A stretch of DNA of 64,000 nt from Cyanidioschyzon merolae (lineage: Eukaryota), in the NCBI GenBank assembly GCA_000091205.1, contig AP006486.2, one strand, 5' to 3'. Of this stretch, positions 1 through 12,250 are shown piece after piece; positions within the stretch are counted from its first letter, which is position 1, and each line of letters begins with the position of its first letter. The notes under the pieces were generated by a model. That model saw nothing but the letters and a program-made list of their open reading frames with translations, had not been told where the DNA came from and did not search any database. The position numbers and the translations under genes are program-made.

Positions 1-1996
1 CGAGGGCCTTCAAGGCGAGAGAGGCTACTTGAGCGTTCCTCGAATACCAGGTTACGTTATCATTTATGGCGTGTTGCGCCGGACTTTTTAGAAGATTTTT
101 GCCGTTAATGTGTTTTCGTACAGATGCCTTTACGGCTGTTTCAGAATGGTCATTCTGTGTCTACAGTTTTTCCATGCTGGAACTCCTCGTCCTCTGCTCG
201 GAAGGATGTTTTTCTTTATGGTCTGTGGTTTTTCTACTTTTCTTTTTTATTTGGCGGGGTGATGCGCATGTGGTCGTTATACTCCATATCCGTTTTTCCA
301 CTTGGAATTTTGATGCATTGAGTGTACGGTGGTGCTGCAGCTCACCCAGTATGCCTGGATATGCATCACGTGCTCCTTAAAAACCTTTTCGCCGCCTGCT
401 TCGTCGCGGGCACGCATACGAACAAAAGCACGCCTTTTTGATCCCTTCTGCGAACGCGCCGAAGAGCAACAGATCGATGAAGGCATTGCTCAGGTAGAGA
501 ACAACTGCTCGAAAAGAGATTAGTCGAAGAAAGATGTCGTGGATGAGAATCATTGCCTACTGACCGACGAGTGTCTACGTTATGTTTGAGAACGAGGAAC
601 TCGATCTCGACTTGATTGAACTGAGGAGGCTAGGCTAGCACGAACAGCAGCTCAACGCGAATCTAAGCTGCGCACTGCTTGGCCGCCTTTTTTTTTGAAG
701 TGGATTATCGAAGCGTAGCACACTAGAATGTGTGCGAAGGAGAAGCCGCGGCGTGTCCACCGACGAAAGATGAAGTATTGAAAAATCGGGTTCATTTGGC
801 AATTCGTAGGCGACCACACGAATGAATCGCTGTTGCAGCTGATGACTTTGTAATAATCTGGCTTCTCTCTTCTTTAAGAACTGCGGTTTATGCTTCTTAG
901 AGTAATGATATAAAGTGATAGGGTTTCTCCCGAAGCTAGTCCCGTCGAGTGCGAAATTGATGGTTTACTGTTCAAGGCGCCACGTTCTCTCGTGTTCGTG
1001 AGCTTCTTACCATTGCCTATACGTATCGCTTCACCAGGATTCGTAGGAACAGTGCTAAAACTGCTCATCCTGCGCCATCTTTTGTGGTACCTTGTTGGAG
1101 AACGTTTGGAGCGGAATGGATTCGCAGCAATGGGACAGCAATGTCGACGGTGTTTGAAAATTTCTGTTTTTTAAGGTGCACAGCATCCAGAATATGCATT
1201 TCAAGAAGATTGGGTCATCGATCCGCTGCCCATAATGAGACTTATGTGTAGATGTAAGACCTTTTCTCGCTAGCTAGCAGAGCCAGCATATTGTCTCAAC
1301 GCGGCCGTTCTCTAATCCACGGGATGCATTTTCTCCTTGAACACCCACGGGAGAAACAAACAAAAATAAAAAGGACGCCAATGCATGCGTTCGGGAATTC
1401 ACCACTCTGAGTATAAAGCAGCGGCTTCGCCAAACGAGCTTGAAACCTGCTCCTGTTGGTAGTGTATTCGTTCGTTGCACGCGCTCCAGGTTCGTGGACT
1501 GATATTCATTTCGTCGAAAATGCATTCGAAGCATCTGCCGATGTCAGCTGGCTGCTTGCATTCCTTGGTCATTTAACTGGGATTACGAGCACGTTCGCTT
1601 TTTTCTGCTGGAGGCTTCTCTAGGAACTTTTGTATCGCCGGGCCGGCAACGCCGGAGCTGTCGCCGACAATTACTCTGTTCTGTCATCAGATCGTGTGGT
1701 CGAAGGAGTTGTCCAGTGACGAAGCTGCACGACAAAGCTTTTCAGCAGATGCATCACCGTGAACCGCTCCGACAAACAAGCTATACGAAGACGCAGCTGC
1801 ATCATCTGAAGAAACCGAGATACCGCTTCCACACTAGGGACGTCAACATAGCCCGAACAGTCTCATGACGCGAGGATTCATCCTGGCGACCTTCGTCGCG
1901 ATCACTCGACTCCTTGCTCTGGATACCACTGAGCTGGGCGCTGTTCGAGTCGTGCTGCCCAAACCGAGAACAGGCACACGTAAGCACACGTGCGAT

Positions 1997-4600
1997 TCAT
2001 GCGACAGTCGTCGGGCTTTCTTGAAGCAGATCATCTCCCTGCAGCAGATGCTCTGCAGCTTCCAGCACCTGTTCGTATCGGTAACGCCCCTGCAAACAGC
2101 CGAACAGCGGGTGCGCCTGTAGTTTCATGGATAGTATCTTTGGTGAGGTGGCGCCCCATGCGAAGCGAGCCAACAACCGCGAGCAAGTGCGTAGCACCGG
2201 CACTTGCACAATGAGCTGCTGCCATTTCTCGTCCGCGAGTACTGCATTCAGAGACTCCAGTTCGGTACTGCCGCCATTGAGGATGCGTTCACGAAGACGT
2301 TCCATTCCGGGCGTTTCACCCAGCGCACCCTCTGCGGCGAGACATAGCTCACAGCGACCGCACTTGTGCACCAGAATCTCATTGTAGTGGGCGCATAACG
2401 AGCGGGCAAAACAACGAGAGCCCCGGCTCGCAACCCATTTGTTCCCCGGCCTAGGTTCTGCTCCGAGGAAAAGCGCCGCAGTGGTGCGAATCCGAAAAAG
2501 CTCTTGCTGTTCACGTCGGAGCATGGAGCGGTAAAGATCGTCCGCAAGCTGCTGCATATCACTCGGCTTCGCCACAATACGAAATACGTGATACAGATGG
2601 CTGAACTTGATACTTCTAACGATACCCAAAGACTGGAGAAGCTCGAGAGCAGAGTAGACAAGTTCCCGGGTGGTCGCTCCAGACGGCACGGGATGCGCAA
2701 ATGCCGCCGTTCGTGCTCGCACGACATCGTGGATATCGATCCGCATGAATAGGTTGTTGTCGCTGGTGCGACGCCGGCCAACCTTCACAGACGGATTCAA
2801 GATGAGCCGGGCCGCTCGCCAAACCCCTTCGGGCACAGAGACATCCCTCCTCAGGAGGTGCAAGGTCTCCTCGACACTCGTATTCGGCAGGAGATCGACC
2901 TCGCAGTGAGCGTAGTAGGCAGTTTGTTCCTCAATAAATCCTCCTTTCAAATCCAAGAAAGCAAGCAAAACCCGAATAGTAGTTTCCTCAATATCCAGCG
3001 CTCTTCCGCAGTTAAAGAAAGAAAGCGCCACCTGATCTTCGCGCACAGCGATCTTCTCCATGTACCGAATGTTCGGGCTTTCGGGAGCGTTAGCGCTAGC
3101 CGTCATGTGCTCCTCCGCGAGACCTACAGTGCTGCCAAAAAGCGACTCTAGAAGCGTATGAACAGCTCGGCGAGATGGGGTGCTGCTCAGCACAAAACTC
3201 TCGAGGGCGGGCAGATCATCAGCGCAGAGGAAAAGTTCACAGATGGCGGGTTCTCCATCGCGCCCCGCGCGTCCAATACTCTGTGTGTAGGCCTCGATGC
3301 TCTTACTGATGTTAAAGAGGTAAACGTAACGGACCTCTTGCTTGTGAATGCCCATTCCAAACGCGATAGTGGCCACAATAATTGTATCTCGCCCGCTCAT
3401 GAAGATGTTTTGGGCCGAAGCTCGCTCCTCTGTCGTCATGCCGGCATGGTAGGCAACCGCAGGAAGGCTGTACATGGTGACCAGGAGCTCCGCCACTGCC
3501 GTCGCAGTCTTCTGCGTCGTGACGTACACGATGGTGCTTCCGCGCGGTCGGGACAGCAAGCGTTCCACGAGTAAGAATACCCGCCGCTCCAGGCGCCCAT
3601 CCTTGTCGGTATCGGGTGACCAGGTTCCGAAGAATTCGCCTACAGGCGTACAGCGTAGCGTCAAGTTCGGCCGGTGCACACTCGCACGGATCACGTTCTC
3701 AGAATGGATATGGAAATGACGACAGATGTCGTCTACAACGCGTGTGGTCGCGGTGGCGGTTAGCGCCAGACAGACTCTGGCACCCGCGCCCTGAGCGAAC
3801 TGCCGCAGGAGCAGATACTCGGGACGAAATGTGTGGCCCCATTCGGAAAGGCAGTGCGCCTCGTCGACGACGAAGAGTGAGACCTGCAGTCTTGCAATGA
3901 CTTGGCGGAATTTCTCATTCACAAAGCGCTCGGGTGCGACGAACAGAATGCGTATGGCACGTTCACTGAGCAGCCGATAGGTTTGCCGCACCTCTGGGGC
4001 CGACATCCCTGAATGAATATGCATCGCTGGGATACCCTGGTTCTGGAGCATCTCGACATGGTCACGCATGAGGGCGATAAGTGGAGAGACCACCAGCGTC
4101 AGTCCATCGAGCAACATTGCAGGGACCTGGAAACAGAGCGATTTACCGCCGCCAGTGGGAAATATCGCCAACGAAGAGTGTCCCTGTAAAACGCGCAGAA
4201 TCACTTCTAGTTGGCCCGGCCAAAACTCCGATAGACCAAAGTGCTCCTTCAGACACTTCATCGCGCGCAGTGCCTGAGCCTCCATATCTGATGAGCCGTC
4301 TCCAGCGCTCTGACTCGGAGGCGCTCGCGGAGGCGGTGGCTGCGGCCTCTGGTAGGGCGCACCTCTCGCCCCAGAAGCGGACTGCCAAGGCGTTCGTGTG
4401 CCGCGCTTTGAAGCGCCGGCACGACGGTACTCTTTCGGGAAGAACTTGTAGCGATCATAGTTTGTTGCATCCCGACAGACAAGGGGCTGTCGCTGAGCGT
4501 TCGATCCGCGGGCTCGTTGACGCTCACCAGCGGCGAGCTCCTGCCATTTATGTACCAGCGCGTTGTGGATAAAACCACCGCATTTGCACAACGCCCACAT
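1997..4600 (-). CDS. RecQ-family ATP-dependent DNA helicase. The helicase core begins at Met 4285; the ORF stays open upstream to 4600 as a Pro/Arg-rich N-terminal extension.
   Basis: Motif I FPTGGGKSLCFQVPA, DEAH box VVDEAHCLSEWGHTFRPEY, and motifs TATAT and YVYLFNISKSIEAYTQSIGRAGRDG in the 867-aa ORF. The C-terminal region carries a Cys cluster (CAHYNEILVHKCGRCELC) rather than a canonical HRDC domain. Confidence 0.8.
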   Translation of the reverse strand: MWALCKCGGFIHNALVHKWQELAAGERQRARGSNAQRQPLVCRDATNYDRYKFFPKEYRRAGASKRGTRTPWQSASGARGAPYQRPQPPPPRAPPSQSAGDGSSDMEAQALRAMKCLKEHFGLSEFWPGQLEVILRVLQGHSSLAIFPTGGGKSLCFQVPAMLLDGLTLVVSPLIALMRDHVEMLQNQGIPAMHIHSGMSAPEVRQTYRLLSERAIRILFVAPERFVNEKFRQVIARLQVSLFVVDEAHCLSEWGHTFRPEYLLLRQFAQGAGARVCLALTATATTRVVDDICRHFHIHSENVIRASVHRPNLTLRCTPVGEFFGTWSPDTDKDGRLERRVFLLVERLLSRPRGSTIVYVTTQKTATAVAELLVTMYSLPAVAYHAGMTTEERASAQNIFMSGRDTIIVATIAFGMGIHKQEVRYVYLFNISKSIEAYTQSIGRAGRDGEPAICELFLCADDLPALESFVLSSTPSRRAVHTLLESLFGSTVGLAEEHMTASANAPESPNIRYMEKIAVREDQVALSFFNCGRALDIEETTIRVLLAFLDLKGGFIEEQTAYYAHCEVDLLPNTSVEETLHLLRRDVSVPEGVWRAARLILNPSVKVGRRRTSDNNLFMRIDIHDVVRARTAAFAHPVPSGATTRELVYSALELLQSLGIVRSIKFSHLYHVFRIVAKPSDMQQLADDLYRSMLRREQQELFRIRTTAALFLGAEPRPGNKWVASRGSRCFARSLCAHYNEILVHKCGRCELCLAAEGALGETPGMERLRERILNGGSTELESLNAVLADEKWQQLIVQVPVLRTCSRLLARFAWGATSPKILSMKLQAHPLFGCLQGRYRYEQVLEAAEHLLQGDDLLQESPTTVA

Positions 4601-6283
4601 ATAAAGTCACACAGTAACGCCAGCTCAGTTCCAACTCGTCGATCCTACTGCGTTGCGGGCATTTTGCTATGTTCGGCCGTTTACGACACCGAAACTATGA
4701 TGAACGCGACCTGCGCCTAGCGCTGGAAGCGCGTCCCACGGCATCGTGGTACTGGTGAGGTGCATTCTCGACAGCGCGTTGAACAGCAGCACTTCTTTGA
4801 GTCGTTCAACTCAGGTTTGTTTCATCACTGCTGGAGCGTATAGCAGGAGATCGGCATTACGATGCAATGTAGTGTATATATTGTATACGATTTGAATGTA
4901 GGATATATGCTTTACGGAATTATGCACGGAGGACTACGTTCCTCCTTCAGGTCAGTCGTACCCCAGTACTCTGACAACTGGGGAACACTGAAAGGAGCAA
5001 TTATATGTGCACAGCGGTAAAAACCGATACTCTCACAACCTGCTTTGGTTCAGTGGTAGAAAACAACCCGTGGATCAACTTATAGGAAGCAAAAGCGACG
5101 ATTGTAGATAACACAAGCGTCACTGTGCCTCAATAGTTTGTTGGTATGGTACTGAAATCACTGGGATAACGTCACATTAAAAGTCCAATTTCATTCAGAG
5201 CCATCTTCCTCGGACGTCACTACGACAGAATTCCCCGAAAGACGCTATCGATATGAAGCACAGGGACATCGGTTTGTTCTGTCAGTCGATGAGACGTCTT
5301 TCCCACGAGACCGTCCCAGCATATATCGGTATTTGCCGAGAGGAAACCAATTGAATATAAGATCGAACTCGAATAGAAGGCTCATACCACAGCATTCCAT
5401 TTATCCAACCATTGATGACGCTTTCCACGTCTGACAACGTCCTTCTCTTGCACATCGTTGCCTTTCATCGTTCCCTTCGCATTCTTGTTTTTGCGAGTTC
5501 TATCTTCCGGAACTCCTTCTCCCTTGCTGAAAGGTCCTCACCTAAGTCCATTATGAGAGGCGTTCATTTTAAAGCAATAAAAAATCCGTGGGATAGAGAT
5601 GGACATGGAATTCGAGGATTCTGGAGGGCACCAATCGCCAGATTCGACAAAGAAACGAAAAAATTTTCTTCTCGCTGATCATCGAGTGAAGAGGAGCGAG
5701 TAACGAAGAAGAAGAGAGGAGATAGACGAGAATATTTGTTTGCCCGACGGAGCGACGACGAGACCATTGTGGCACAGAGGGCACGAGTTCTAGGAATTCT
5801 TGAATGCATGAATTCGACCAGCGGCAATATATGCAAGGAGTTCATGAACTGAGACTTCATGCCAGCCGACAAGATCAGGAGATGAGTGGGACTGAAGCCG
5901 CAACCCGAAAAGGTGACGCGACTGAATTCTATGGGACAGCCTCCCAGACTCCAATTGTACCTGGATAAACTGAAACCGATACCAGGTGGCCGCTCGAAAA
6001 AGGGAGACGTCTGCAGATCGATATTCGGTTACGCTACGAGATCGTGAAACGTTCTTCGGCTAACCGTACCCCTTGAAGGCTTTCTCTGAGCGTGTGTACA
6101 GTGCACTGTGACAGCCACCACGGTGCTGACGAGTGCACTAGGAAGCAGTTTACCAGCGAAGTTTTGGAGCAGAGCTTGACGTACGAGCTCACTCGAGAGC
6201 CAGCGTGCTCTGATTCGCTAGTGGCTCCTGGTGCACCTGGAGCGTAATATTGAATAGAGGCTTTTTAACGAAAGCGCCGGGTA

Positions 6284-7354
6284 ATGTTCACACAAGCGAA
6301 CTTGCCGCTTGTTCGTCGAGGGTTTGCGTTACGTAGCGAGATTCCGGAACAGTGTTGCCCAAAACGGAGGTTGATTGTTTCGAGACCCAGTCGGGCAGCT
6401 TGGAGTCGCAAGTCACTGTTAGTACAACAACGGTCTGGCGTTGGTACGCTGTCTGCGCGGAGTTCTGTCCAGTTTGATCCAACCGAAGACTATTACGCAG
6501 TTTTAGGAGTGGAAAGCGACGCAGACCTGGCAACCATCAAGCGAGCATATCGCCGACTAGCCTTGCAGAACCACCCTGACGCGAATAAGGATCCGCAGGC
6601 ACGCGAGAAGTTCATTCGCATTCTGCGTGCTTATGAAGTGCTATCGAATGAGGACGCCCGCAAGCAATATGACTTGCAACGTCGCTCGCCGGGTTCGGGG
6701 CCTTTCTGGGGCATCGGAGGTCCTGGCGCGCAGCGGCGACGTTCCAGCAGCACCGAGGAGTACCCCGAGGACTTGAATGATTCTTTTGGAGCTATTTTCT
6801 CGGATCTTATGGAGCAGCTCGGACGTCTTTGGCAGGAGGGCACAAAAGAGAATGGTATTTTTGCAGATTTTGTCGAATTTCTAGAGAGCCAGGGTGCCAA
6901 TTGGGGCTCCCTGCGGAATGAGGACCTCAATAGCGTTCTCACTTCGAGTGATGAAGACGTTCTCCAAGCAGAACTGGATGATGCTCGTTTCGTGCGTGAG
7001 CAATGTGAGCAGCGACTACGCTTGCTTCAAAATTCTCTAGAACTCACCGAGCGGCGACGCGCGGAGCAGGAGCAACGAGCGAAAGATGCACATCTAAGTG
7101 CAGGAACCCAGCAGGAGGCCCGGTCTAAGGTGCATGAGCTCTCGCTGGAGGCGCGGAGACTTCAGTCTCGTATTCGCCAGGTTCAGTCCCTGATTGCTCG
7201 CCAGCGCTCCCGCGAGGGGTTGCTGCAGTCCCGTTTGGATGCAATTCGTCGCGTACAGGAGGCCCGTGCTGCTTCTGAGGAGAAAGTTCGGAATCTGAGA
7301 AGCGAGGTGGAGGAGGAATTGGAGAAATTGAAAAGGGACTTGGGCAAGCTCTGA
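6284..7354 (+). CDS. J-domain (DnaJ/Hsp40) co-chaperone with a basic N-terminal presequence-like region and a C-terminal coiled coil
   Basis: J-domain DYYAVLGVESDADLATIKRAYRRLALQNHPDANKDPQAREKFIRILRAYEVLSNEDARKQYD with the HPD motif. The ATG at 6284 was verified in the sequence. The C-terminus is rich in E/R/Q/L heptad-like segments. Confidence 0.8.
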   Translation: MFTQANLPLVRRGFALRSEIPEQCCPKRRLIVSRPSRAAWSRKSLLVQQRSGVGTLSARSSVQFDPTEDYYAVLGVESDADLATIKRAYRRLALQNHPDANKDPQAREKFIRILRAYEVLSNEDARKQYDLQRRSPGSGPFWGIGGPGAQRRRSSSTEEYPEDLNDSFGAIFSDLMEQLGRLWQEGTKENGIFADFVEFLESQGANWGSLRNEDLNSVLTSSDEDVLQAELDDARFVREQCEQRLRLLQNSLELTERRRAEQEQRAKDAHLSAGTQQEARSKVHELSLEARRLQSRIRQVQSLIARQRSREGLLQSRLDAIRRVQEARAASEEKVRNLRSEVEEELEKLKRDLGKL

Positions 7355-8589
7355 GAGCAGAACGAACCGTCGCAGTGGTTATCGTTCCTTCTTGCAATCC
7401 GCAGCAGCGTACCATACGTGCTTGCTCGGCACGCCGGCGTCATAGATCTTGGCGCGAGGCATTGCAAGAGATGTAACTCGCTGCGTTGCTGGATGAGTAG
7501 AAGCATCACAAGCGACTCGCTTAGTCCACAAAGGGTATTGCGACAAGCGCGCAATCGATGAACGATCAAAGACGGTGCAAGCAGCGCATTTTCAGAAGCC
7601 AGCATTGTTTGCAACTGCGCATGTGGTGATCGAAATGCTGCTTTGTGCTCGTTGAGCATCGGGTTGCAGATAGGCCTGCTGAATACGAATGTACAGAGGG
7701 GTTATCAAAGTCGTGGAACTGGAAGCTCGGAAGCCAGCGATGCTGCTGCTGCTGCTGCTACGTATCTCTGGGTGCTGCAGACACACGCGGTGTCCAGCGA
7801 TCGATGAGGCGATCTGCATATCCTCCCCTCGTTTATAGAGTAGATTTGCGATGTGTGTAGCGCCAACGCAAATCTGTAAATTCGCTCTTACTGCAGATAC
7901 TCGGCAAAAGGGTCGCACACTCGCGCTAGAATGCAAGAGCTAAACCAACTCGAACAGGCGCGCCTCTGACCTGAAGTAACGAGGCATTACTACGGGAAGA
8001 CACTCATGAACAGCGAATTCGCATTCCGAAATGCGTGGCAAACGGATCGCTCTCGCCTAGCCCGTATCATGCACCGTACCTGCAAGCGACGTTCATGCTG
8101 GCTTTTCGTAAGGTGCTCTAACCGGCTACGAGCATAGCACTCTTCTCGTGCAGCAAAGCAGTGTAAGGTGTCCAGCGCGTTCGCTTCGAGTACCGATCGT
8201 GCGCATATGGACTATTCCTGACATGAAACTCCGAGCCCTAGGCCGCAGTTCCCAGATCAGCATTTGATATGCAAGACGCTCCGTGACAGCCGCCAGTATC
8301 ACTCTACGGATCACATATTGGATCAGAAGGGAACGCGCATGAGAGCGCGTGGTTCCCACGGCGCCGAAGCAGCATGCTCCGCCCGCACATCATGAGGTAT
8401 CTGTGCTGTGGAGCCGCCAGCACCCCGATGTCAGGGCAGCAGCGCGAACTCGCGGCTTTTGTGGAGTCTGCGCACTCCGGGACACACCTGCAGGGTCATG
8501 GACACGGCAACAACAGCCACCGTGTCTGGCGGAAAGCCACAACACCACTTTTTTGGTTTGTCGAGGAGAATTTCGTTTCCGGTTTACAG

Positions 8590-9110
8590 CAACTCGCAAT
8601 GAGCGTACAAGGAATGCGCACGATGTTTTGTCGCAATACCGATACTTGAGTTCCGAACGTCGTATACACACCATGAGTTGGGATGTACACTTCAGAGGGT
8701 CGAGATGGAAAAGTGCCAGAGGAGTCCTGAGGAAATAGCAAAGTACGGACCGCTGACGGAGGAGCAAATGGAAAGGAGGGCAAAAGTGCGAGGACTTCTT
8801 GCACTGGTGAGTACAACGAATGATCGCAAGAAATGGATGGAGTTTGTGAATTGAGATTTTAATGCCGCTATCAATATCCGGAGATGTGCGGTGCTGGAGA
8901 GAAGACCTCCAGAGTCGACAAGACAGAACTTTGTTGGACACCCTCTCAAAGTGGAACTGCATGAGAAAAAATTGGAACCAGTAGGAGGTGGCCGGTCGAA
9001 TAAGAGTGGGAGGCGTCTGCACGACAGTTGGTGGCTTCTTGCCTAGGGCGGGCTTCTCGCCACTACTGTGCACTGCCGGCAGCAACGTTTTTCTTTTGAA
9101 AGGCATTTGT
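8590..9110 (+). pseudogene. 3' fragment of the TnpB/Fanzor-like element family (copy b), frameshifted and stop-containing
   Basis: Nucleotide and translated homology to 12530-13060. It encodes RTSYTHHELGCTLQ..KYGPLTEEQMERRAKVRGLLALVSTTND..FNAAINIRR..LETRPP..GGRS, interrupted by stops. It ends with the family-conserved tail ctagggcggg...cagcaacgtttttcttttgaaaggcatttgtt. Confidence 0.5.
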
Positions 9111-9140
9111 TGCTCGTGGGTGTGAGCGCCCGCAAGTACC

Positions 9141-9803
9141 ATGCGGGATAAGCTTGGCTTTCTCACGCCGTTCGGAATGAGCAGCAGTACGGTGTATCGC
9201 CTGCGTCCACCAGCACCTCAGACGACTCGGTTGGTACTGAAACAAGCCGACATCACTCGCGAAGCAGTTGATGCGATCGTCAATGCTGCGAACGAGCGCA
9301 TGCTAGGAGGTGGTGGCGTTGACGGCGCCATCCACCGAGCTGCTGGTAAAGAGCTACTGGAGGCTTGTAAGCGGGTACCCGAAAAGCGTCCTGGTGTGCG
9401 GTGTCCTACTGGTGAAGCGGTTCCAATAAAGATCACATGGCCTGTTTCCGAGGGGAACTTGCCTCAGGTGCGCTATATCATAAACACGGTGGGACCGATT
9501 TACCAGAACGCGGAGAAGAGTGCGCCACTTTTGCGCTCGGCGTATCGTAACTCCCTTCTCACAGCAATCGAGCACAACTGTCGATCAATTGCTTTTCCGA
9601 CGATATCTTGCGGCGTGTATGGATATCCTCTTCGAGAGGCCGCTCGAGTTGCACTCGAGGCAGTACAAGACACGCTCGGGGAATCACCGCAGCAGTCGTT
9701 GCAAGAGGTGCGTTTCTGTCTATTCAGTGAGGACGCCTTGAAGACGTGGACACTGGCTGCTGAGCAGCTTCAACTGGAACGCGTGAAAGAAGGCGCTTCA
9801 TAG
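9141..9803 (+). CDS. Macro-domain protein (MacroD/YmdB-like ADP-ribose or O-acetyl-ADP-ribose hydrolase)
   Basis: VDAIVNAANERMLGGGGVDGAIHRAAG and CRSIAFPTISCGVYGYP motifs typical of macro domains. ATG at 9141, 220 aa. Confidence 0.8.
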   Translation: MRDKLGFLTPFGMSSSTVYRLRPPAPQTTRLVLKQADITREAVDAIVNAANERMLGGGGVDGAIHRAAGKELLEACKRVPEKRPGVRCPTGEAVPIKITWPVSEGNLPQVRYIINTVGPIYQNAEKSAPLLRSAYRNSLLTAIEHNCRSIAFPTISCGVYGYPLREAARVALEAVQDTLGESPQQSLQEVRFCLFSEDALKTWTLAAEQLQLERVKEGAS

Positions 9804-11716
9804 AAGTATGCTCCAGACATGCGTCTTTATGACAGCGCTATCGATATACCTTGAGTCGCTGCCTCAACCGATATGCGCCTGGCATGCTCAAGCACTTGCA
9901 TAGATGCCAAGTGCGGAACCTGGTGTTTTCGTTGCTCCAAGTCGACTTAGGGTTCCGGTGGAAGGTGCTCCTTCTGTTGAAAAGCGGACGTACACTAGTA
10001 GCAGAATTCAAATCAGTTCCTTATTCCAGCGTCCGTGCGGCATGCATAACAAGCAAAGGGAATAAACGTATATCCGTGCTTGGGAACACTACCGTACCTA
10101 GTTTGTCTACGATCAATAATACTAACGAAACACTTAATGACTAGTGTGACGCATACCTCATCCGCCCAAGCGTAAGCCGCAGCGAAAACTACGCGTGTGC
10201 TGGAGTCATCGAGGGGTTTCGTGCCGGGCCCCAGCGACCCGTTGTATTACAGGGCGGTACTGCTATGGGCAGTAGTGTCGGCACCAGCGACAGAGCCTAG
10301 CGCAGGGGATCACTCTATGTGAGTTTCCGATCTAGGACACCTGATTTCCGCTGCAGTGCGTCGGTGAGAACACGCATGTGCTAATGCGACGTCGGACACG
10401 TGTCCTTCATCGATCCGTGTAGCGTCTCGCGAGGTGCACGCATCGCGCTCAGTGAGTGCACCTGGCAGAACTGGCACTCAACTGACACGACGCGCATGCC
10501 GCCGCCGTTGAAGGGAAACGCAATCTTGATCTCTAGCGTGTAGCTCTAACGTAACAGTTGTATTTTCGTTAATTTCATAGCCAAGTATAGTTTTCAGTTC
10601 GATTGTGTTTCAACCCTCAAGTAAAAATATTCGATTGATTTGTTGCAGTATATAACAGAAGCGTTTAAAGAGGTTTCTTTTTCAAAAAAAAGACTGAAAA
10701 AGGAAAGTTATGGAAAAGCAAGTCGATGATCCTGGAGCTCAGTGTCGCTGGTTGCCAGAAAAACAAAAAAAAACAGTGCCGAGTCCAGAAGAAAAGGAAG
10801 AGAAAAAGAGGCAAAAGGGGGATGCCCTACGTCGAAGGCTGCAAGAAAGACGACTTTACGACGAGATGATGGTGGAAGCCTGCCTTCTTCATTATATCGG
10901 AGATCCGTAGCAGGCAAACTTGCGAGACGCTATCAGAAACCGTGTCGACTCATACTCCAAGAGTATTGTCAAGGCGTCTTCAGGACTGATGCATGTAGCA
11001 ATGGAGGTGTATCGCGAAGTAACGGACATCGACACAGTCAAGATTCCGGAAGATTTTTTCAACAAGACATTTATTCGCCACCTTATCTTTGGTACAGGGG
11101 AAACGTCGAAGAGAAATGAGCGAGTGCATGCCCTCCACTGAAATCACCCCGAATACCGCTTCGATCGTACTCGGTTCAGGGGAGACGGGCATATTTACAC
11201 CTCCGGTGCGATGAAGTACCTCACGATCGTGAAGAAGCACTTGACGATGAACCTGGAACGTTTCATGACACGCGCCGTGTTTGTGCTGTGCCCGGGCCTC
11301 TCTCGCAAAGGAATATGGGCGGTTATCAATGGCATCACGAACGATAGTAAGAGCGAAAGAGAGATCGAATTCATCGGCAAGAAGCCGTCACGCAGGAGCA
11401 CAAATGAGGATTCCGTCATCCGTGCGGTCATAGAAGAGCACCGTGCAGTCTTGGGGTTGGCGAATCAAACAGACAAGATATCAGAGTTGAAAAAAGGATA
11501 GGGAAAGATACTATCGCCTCATCCTGCGCTATTTCGTGTTTCTGGACCGAGGGCTATAACGCAAGGCAGAGGTGCAGCTGAGTGAGGGAAAAAAATGAAG
11601 AGTGGGAGAGACGGAAGGCTGTCCTAATGGAGAAGCGCTTCAACGTGGTTCCAATGTGGAAAGTCAAGTCACATTTTGTGACTATCGACTCCAGCGTCCT
11701 TTACGGCATCACCTAG

Positions 11717-12226
11717 GAGATCAGTCCGGAGTTCATTGTCAGCAGGGAGAACTTCACCCGCGAAAACCTGGAGACATACTGGAAGAATATCTTCAATTTC
11801 AAACGTCTGAGAGTGAGCAAGCAAAAGTTGTTCACTGGGATGGTCGAAACCGATGGAGTAGCCATGTGTGTACACTATCGGCGGTTGAAGAAAGACCGTC
11901 CAGTTCCGCCCTCGGCTGCGCCCGTGACGAAGGATGAAGAAAAGGAGGAGGCGGATCCTGCAACGCAGGAGGTAGAGAATAACGACCTTGTCGTTGATGC
12001 GGCGAAGCATGAAGATGAGAAGGAGGCGGGTCCTGAGACGCAGAAAGTGCAGAATAACGACCTTGTCGTTGACGCGGACCCTGGGAATACGAATATCATA
12101 ACCATCGCTGTACCCAAACGTGCGGAAGATAGCACTGACGGTAACTTACGTCAGAAAGACATGCGTCTGTTGAGACTCTCGAGAGCGAGATACTATCGCG
12201 AATCCGGTATAATGATTCTAAGGTAG
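11717..12226 (+). CDS. Fanzor/TnpB-like ORF segment carrying the RuvC-I motif and a 25-aa in-frame tandem duplication
   Basis: Frame-2 open stretch: ...[21 protein letters not shown]...[55 protein letters not shown]...[11 protein letters not shown]. The track ORF 11813..12226 starts at a GTG. Confidence 0.5.
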   Translation, partial: EISPEFIVSRENFTRENLETYWKNIFNFKRLRVSKQKLFTGMVETDGVAMCVHYRRLKKDRPVPPSAAPVTKDEEKEEADPATQEVENNDLVVDAAKHEDEKEAGPETQKVQNNDLVVDADPGNTNIITIAVPKRAEDSTDGNLRQKDMRLLRLSRARYYRESGIMILR

Positions 12227-12250
12227 AAAATCGAGACGAAGAATGCAGGA

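Noticed and set aside
5041-5085. tRNA-like D-arm sequence tggttcagtggtagaaaac
   Set aside because: No acceptor stem, anticodon arm or T-loop (GGTTCGANTCC) can be built around it, so it is not a tRNA gene.
10391-10402. Perfect 12-bp palindrome GGACACGTGTCC (E-box/G-box core) upstream of element copy 1
   Set aside because: A single short palindrome cannot be given meaning without binding-site data for this lineage, so it was noted only.
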